Shown: piece after piece, positions 59,173 through 64,000 of the stretch
Position numbering within the stretch: position 1 is the first letter of the stretch
Layout: every line of letters starts with the position of its first letter
Assembly (NCBI RefSeq): GCF_009914755.1
Contig: NC_060928.1
Source: the human T2T-CHM13v2.0 reference genome, Homo sapiens
Direction: 5' to 3' (one strand)
Length of the DNA stretch: 64,000 bases
Notes under the pieces: generated by a model
Databases searched by the model: none
Told to the model about the DNA's origin: nothing
What the model saw: only the letters and a program-made list of their open reading frames with translations
Position numbers and translations under genes: made by a program

Positions 59173-59905
59173 CTGGGAAAGGAACAAAGAAGCCGGTTAT
59201 GTTGACTCTGAAATCCAAAGTTTATTTGCACATTAGCTTGAATATATCTGATCTGCACAGGTTTGATATCAAAGGAAAACGCTTGGAAGGTAAAGAAATA
59301 TTGTGTATGTATATTTTTAAAAGATGATTTATTCTCAGCTTTGTTCCAGAAAGGGTTTAAGGCAGTTAAAGAAATGGCTTTGTAAATATATCTCATTGCC
59401 AATTTTTAATAAGTTTATTGAGCTTTGATTATCACCTAACACCTGCTTAGGCTCAAGGTGCTCATTAATTAATAACCAAGGGGATGAAATTCATTCTTGC
59501 CCCCACAGAAGAGGTTTCTCTAAAATCTGAAGAAAAGCTGTAATTTTGAGTATCGTCTGCATAGTTAAAATGATTTTTAAAACCCGAGATTCTCAAGGGC
59601 TCTGTGACCCTGAAAGGTCACTGTGATGTGAGCCGGAGGCATGAAGGTTTTTTCTAAAAATTTTGAGTACATACTGTTCTTAATAGTGAAACAATCTATA
59701 TTTCAAAATGCAGCTTGTTGAAAAAATAAGTAGTAAAAAAGACGAGGGAAAATGCCCCATACAGTAACTAAAGGTTTCTCTGGGTTGGGGACTAAAGTCT
59801 CTTGTCTTATTGTTTTTGTTTTTCTGTATTTTGTAGAATGAGCAAGCATCACCATTACAGTGAGGAAGATATTAAATGCACCTCATTTAAAATCATGTAT
59901 TTCTT

Positions 59906-60223
<318 letters not shown>

Positions 60224-62506
60224 TTAGATGGCCTATGGAAAAAAAATTAAAATAAAAAATGAACAAAATCATGTGCTTCGGCATTGCCCAAAAAGCTTAA
60301 CTTCCATTATTTTTGTATTTGTATATGCATACTTATTAAAATGTCCTATTATTCCCTTAAAATTCCCTGTAGAGTCCTTCTGCTATAAATTCTGTCAATT
60401 CTTCTGAATATCTCTTACCAAGATTTCTTAAACCTCAGAATTAATATAAATTTGGGAGCAGAGGTCCTGAAACTGGGGTCCTTAGATTCTCCTTATTCTT
60501 ATGGATATAAACTAATTCTCTGAAACTATATCCAAAAATGTCATTTTTCTAGGGAGCCTAGCTCTAGCTTTCCTTAGAGTCTTAAAAAAGTCTATGACCC
60601 CCAAACCATTAACTAAAAACTCATGTTCTGGGGATAGGATTTGCTGTGTTTTACTGGATTTTACTCTAAAGAGTTGATGACATTTAGAGTGAAGAGTACG
60701 GCCCAAAAATCTCTAAGACTCAGTTCTGCATAATGGATCATCAATAACTATAAACTCACTGGCAGGCAAGCATTCTTTTTCTTTTTGCTACAAATTAGGA
60801 GCTAATGAATGTTAATTATTAGTATTGAGGAGACTGCAAAATTAAGAGAAGAGCCTAAATTATTGGAATTAAAAATCCAACAAAATTATTATGGTATTGC
60901 AAATACTTTCAGAATGATGTTGCTTTTCTTTTGCCCAATAAAATATTTTTTATGCAGTTGAAATTTACATAACATAAAATTAACCTCATTTCAAACTGAA
61001 CAACTCTGTGGCACTCACAATGTTTTGCCACCATGAAAACACTCATTTAAAATCTCGGTTCACATTCTCTGGTTAAGGTTCCCAAATAGTATTACCATAA
61101 GATATATATGGATGGGCCTCGGATGTCTACAGTGCTAGTTATTATTATTGCTTCATTATTTAACAACGATCTTTTTCCTTTGTAAGTTTTGTCTTTTTTT
61201 TTTTTTTCAGAGGACTTGGACATGGATTGACACATTCTTGGTTTTTGGTGGCACGAGGGTCAGTAATTCACCATCATTTTGTCAGTGTGGAATCCCACTT
61301 CCTCAACTGGGAAAAATGAGGACTTATAAGGCTTTCTGGTCATTGAAGACTGCCCTAGCCTAACTCAGTTCTGCATATTCTGCAAGGCTTGGGTCAGAAC
61401 AAAAAATAACTCCCTTCTTATTTCCCATCTCTGCCCTTCTCCCAACTAATTCTCAGAAAGGGCAAGGGACTAGGCAATCTGGCACCCAGAGGGGACCAAG
61501 AAATGTGTTTTTTTGTTCAACTTTAAGAGAACCACAGCAGTTGGCAAACTGAGGTATCATGCTCACCATTGTGTGGCTACAAATCTGGACTCAAATCTCA
61601 GCTCTGTTGCTTACCATCTGTGTGGTTCTAGGCACATTATGGACCTCTCTGTGCCTCTGTTTCCTCCTTAGGGAGACAAGGAAGAATCATTGCATTTACT
61701 TCATAGAGTGGTTGGGAGATAAGGTAAGATCATGGAAGGCAAAGCACTTAGTACCACATGGGGTGCATAAAAGCGCTAAAAAAATTTAGCTCTTATGATT
61801 TTCATTATCATCATTTTTGTTTGGCATAGGCAAAGAGCTATATATCTCAGCCAATCAGGGTCAGCTTAGCGACCCCATAGCCCCCAGGAGCAAATTCAAC
61901 TCCTCATCTAGGGGCAGAGACCTCTCTCTCTCTCTCTTTCTGCCAGAGATGGCCCCAGCTTTGGGGAGAACAGGCTGGGAAGTGAATCCTGAGAAGAGAA
62001 TCTGAAACTGCGATAGAACTGGTTTTCAAATAGCCCCTGTTCCCTAAGAAAACAAAAGAAACAACTGCAAAGAACCCTCCTCCATCATCCTCACCCTCCC
62101 TAGAAGCCAGGACTCAAGTTGTGTATAGATCAGGACACAGTCAACAGCTTCCAGAAAGGGATAGAGCAGCTTAAAGTCACTTCTGACTTCAAACAGAAGC
62201 AAGCAAGTCCCTCTTCCCTTCAAATAGAAGCAAGCAAAATCAACTGCCCCTGTGTTTTCCTATCAATTTATTTCACTCTTAGAAACTGACCTCCAACATG
62301 GATGATGGGGACCGACTTGTGGGGAACGTATAAGGATGACTGTCAAGCCAGCACCAATGTCCGTGCACACAGCCATGCACAGCCTGATGTTCTGTGATTC
62401 AGCCCTCAGCAGGGCTCCTTTGCTGTGATTGTCAGAGGTTTGGGAAGGTCTGGGGCTGAGTGGGGTCTGGGGCAAGCTCCAGAAAGAGTCACCAGCAGCA
62501 ACTTAC

Positions 62507-62758
62507 CCATGAAGTAGGTGGTGGTCTTGCAAACGGCGCTCCCGAAGATGAAATCCTTGAGCAGATTGGGGATGAGGTTGAACGGCATGCAGAAGAGACA
62601 GAGCATGAGGTCGCTGACAGCCAGGGAGAGGAGGAAGATGTTGGTGACCGTCCGCATCCGCTTGTTCCGAATCAGCACGGTGATGACCAGCGTGTTTCCC
62701 AGCACGCTGAGCAGGAATATCAAGGAGTACAAGAGAATCTGCACCGCTGGCTGCCACT
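62507..62758 (-). CDS. CCKAR: CCKAR exon 2 (TM1, TM2, ECL1): (E)WQPAVQILLYSLIFLLSVLGNTLVI...CKTTTYFM(G)
   Basis: ttctctctgcag acceptor, G|gtaag donor, 252 nt; lies within ORF 62406..62828. Confidence 0.98.
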
Positions 62759-63429
62759 CTGCAGAGAGAAACAGGAGCAAGACGGAGGGATGGAGGTGAT
62801 GACAGCAGAATGCTAAAACCGAAGCCAAGGGTGAATTCCTGCCGATTTTCCCCCCACCGGGGTGTACATCACTGGACCCACGATTCCTGTCCTGGCAACA
62901 TTTTGCGGAAACAAATTGAGGAAAGCAGAGACTGAATTATTTTCTTTTTAGAAGGTTGGTTTGTTAAAGGATCACTCAGGGAACCACTTTTTCTTAAGAA
63001 CAAAGCTCCTCAAGTGAACAGTGATCACTTTCTTTCCTGGCTGCTAAGCATTATTTCACTTTAATCACTTCATGCTGGGTTTCCCCCCAAGAAAAGAAAA
63101 CAGCTGCATGGTGACAACACCTTTTCTGCTGTGCTTGTAAGTTCAGGCTTTGACACTTGTAGTCCCTCTTGCTTCACTCAGCTTTTCCTCCCCTGCTTTT
63201 GTTCCCCCAAGTCCTATTCATGAATGCCCAACTCCCCCATGGGGGACAATAAGAATATTTGACTCTATTCTGCTTTTTAATCTCTTCTCCAAACTTCTGA
63301 ACATATGACTTTATCTAGCCTTGTCTCACAATGACTTGGTTATATATATTTTTTATCAGCCTTGCCTTTGCTGATTTCTCCCACAACTCAATAGTTTCCT
63401 GAATTAAAATAACAGCTTCCGACACTTAC

Positions 63430-63541
63430 CTTTGGAAGGACGGGGCTGATCCAAGCAGAAAAGCGTCTCATTTTCGAGCCCGAGTTCACAGGGAGGAGTG
63501 ATGTTGCTTCCATTCACAAGAAGGCTGTCAACCACATCCAT
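63430..63541 (-). CDS. CCKAR: CCKAR exon 1 coding part: MDVVDSLLVNGSNITPPCELGLENETLFCLDQPRPSK
   Basis: ATG at 63541-63539 in a strong context (aggATGG), G|gtaagt donor, 112 nt; N-glycosylation sequons NGS, NIT and NET. Confidence 0.98.
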
Positions 63542-64000
63542 CCTTGCCTGCTGCTTTCCACCAAGTGCTGGAGAGCTGGTGAATTGCTCACTCCCGGCTC
63601 ATTCCTCTAATGACCGAAGCGTCTCGCAGATGCAACCTGCCGTGGAGGAGCAGGGAGGGAGTGATTTCCAGGTGTGGGCTTTTTCAGCCATTCCTAAAGG
63701 CGACTTGAGTTCACCTCACTCACTCCAGCATTTGTACTCCTGTTGTGGAAAAGGCAGTGAGCACAAGCCAAGCCCGCTCCACCTTCACCCCGCCCCACCT
63801 CCCCCGGCCCTTTCCTGGGCCAGTCTTAGGGCCCTGAGTACAGACAGCCTGGCTACCCGTTAACCATTCTCAGCGTGTGGCTGCTTTTTACACACATGTG
63901 TACATATGCACGGACACACACACACACACAGAGGCTTCCCCAGTACTCCTCTATATAGGAACCCGTCACCATCCCAGACATATGCAGAAGAAAGCCCAAA
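63542..64000 (-). promoter_or_regulatory. CCKAR: CCKAR 5' leader and proximal promoter, with GC box GGGGCGGGG at 63788-63796 and (CA)n at ~63914-63930
   Basis: Immediately upstream of the start codon; Sp1-type motif; the TSS cannot be fixed from sequence alone. Confidence 0.7.

Noticed and set aside
63661-63680. E-box CACCTG in the CCKAR leader as a possible PTF1 (PTF1A-RBPJ/RBPJL) site
   Set aside because: No TC-box (TTTCCCA-like) at the required one- or two-helical-turn spacing

Overview
Human genomic DNA (a full-length AluYa5 is present and both proteins match the human sequences; this is the RBPJ-CCKAR locus, known to lie on 4p15). On the + strand, 1-~8000 holds the last four coding exons and the ~4 kb 3' UTR of RBPJ (CSL, the Notch effector). 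On the - strand, 54912-63541 holds the complete five-exon CDS of CCKAR (cholecystokinin A receptor). Its exons of 112+252+262+128+533 nt total 1287 nt = 428 aa + stop, all with GT-AG introns in matching phase, and the 5' leader and proximal promoter follow. The two genes converge, separated by ~44-47 kb of repeat-rich DNA (about 20 Alus, an L1PB, L1PA 3' ends, L2/MIR, MaLR and ERV LTRs, an ERVL integrase relic, hAT MITEs, a long purine tract). Nearly all ORFs in the supplied track are repeat-derived or antisense artefacts. I found no convincing previously undescribed gene system. The best leads are (i) a chain of overlapping uORFs in the CCKAR leader, (ii) an out-of-frame relic of the rat CCKAR N-terminal extension in that leader, (iii) a probable long, Alu-containing CCKAR 3' UTR, and (iv) several unusual insertion or duplication footprints. 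Repeat subfamily names and boundaries come from recalled consensus sequences, not from a RepeatMasker run, and are approximate.
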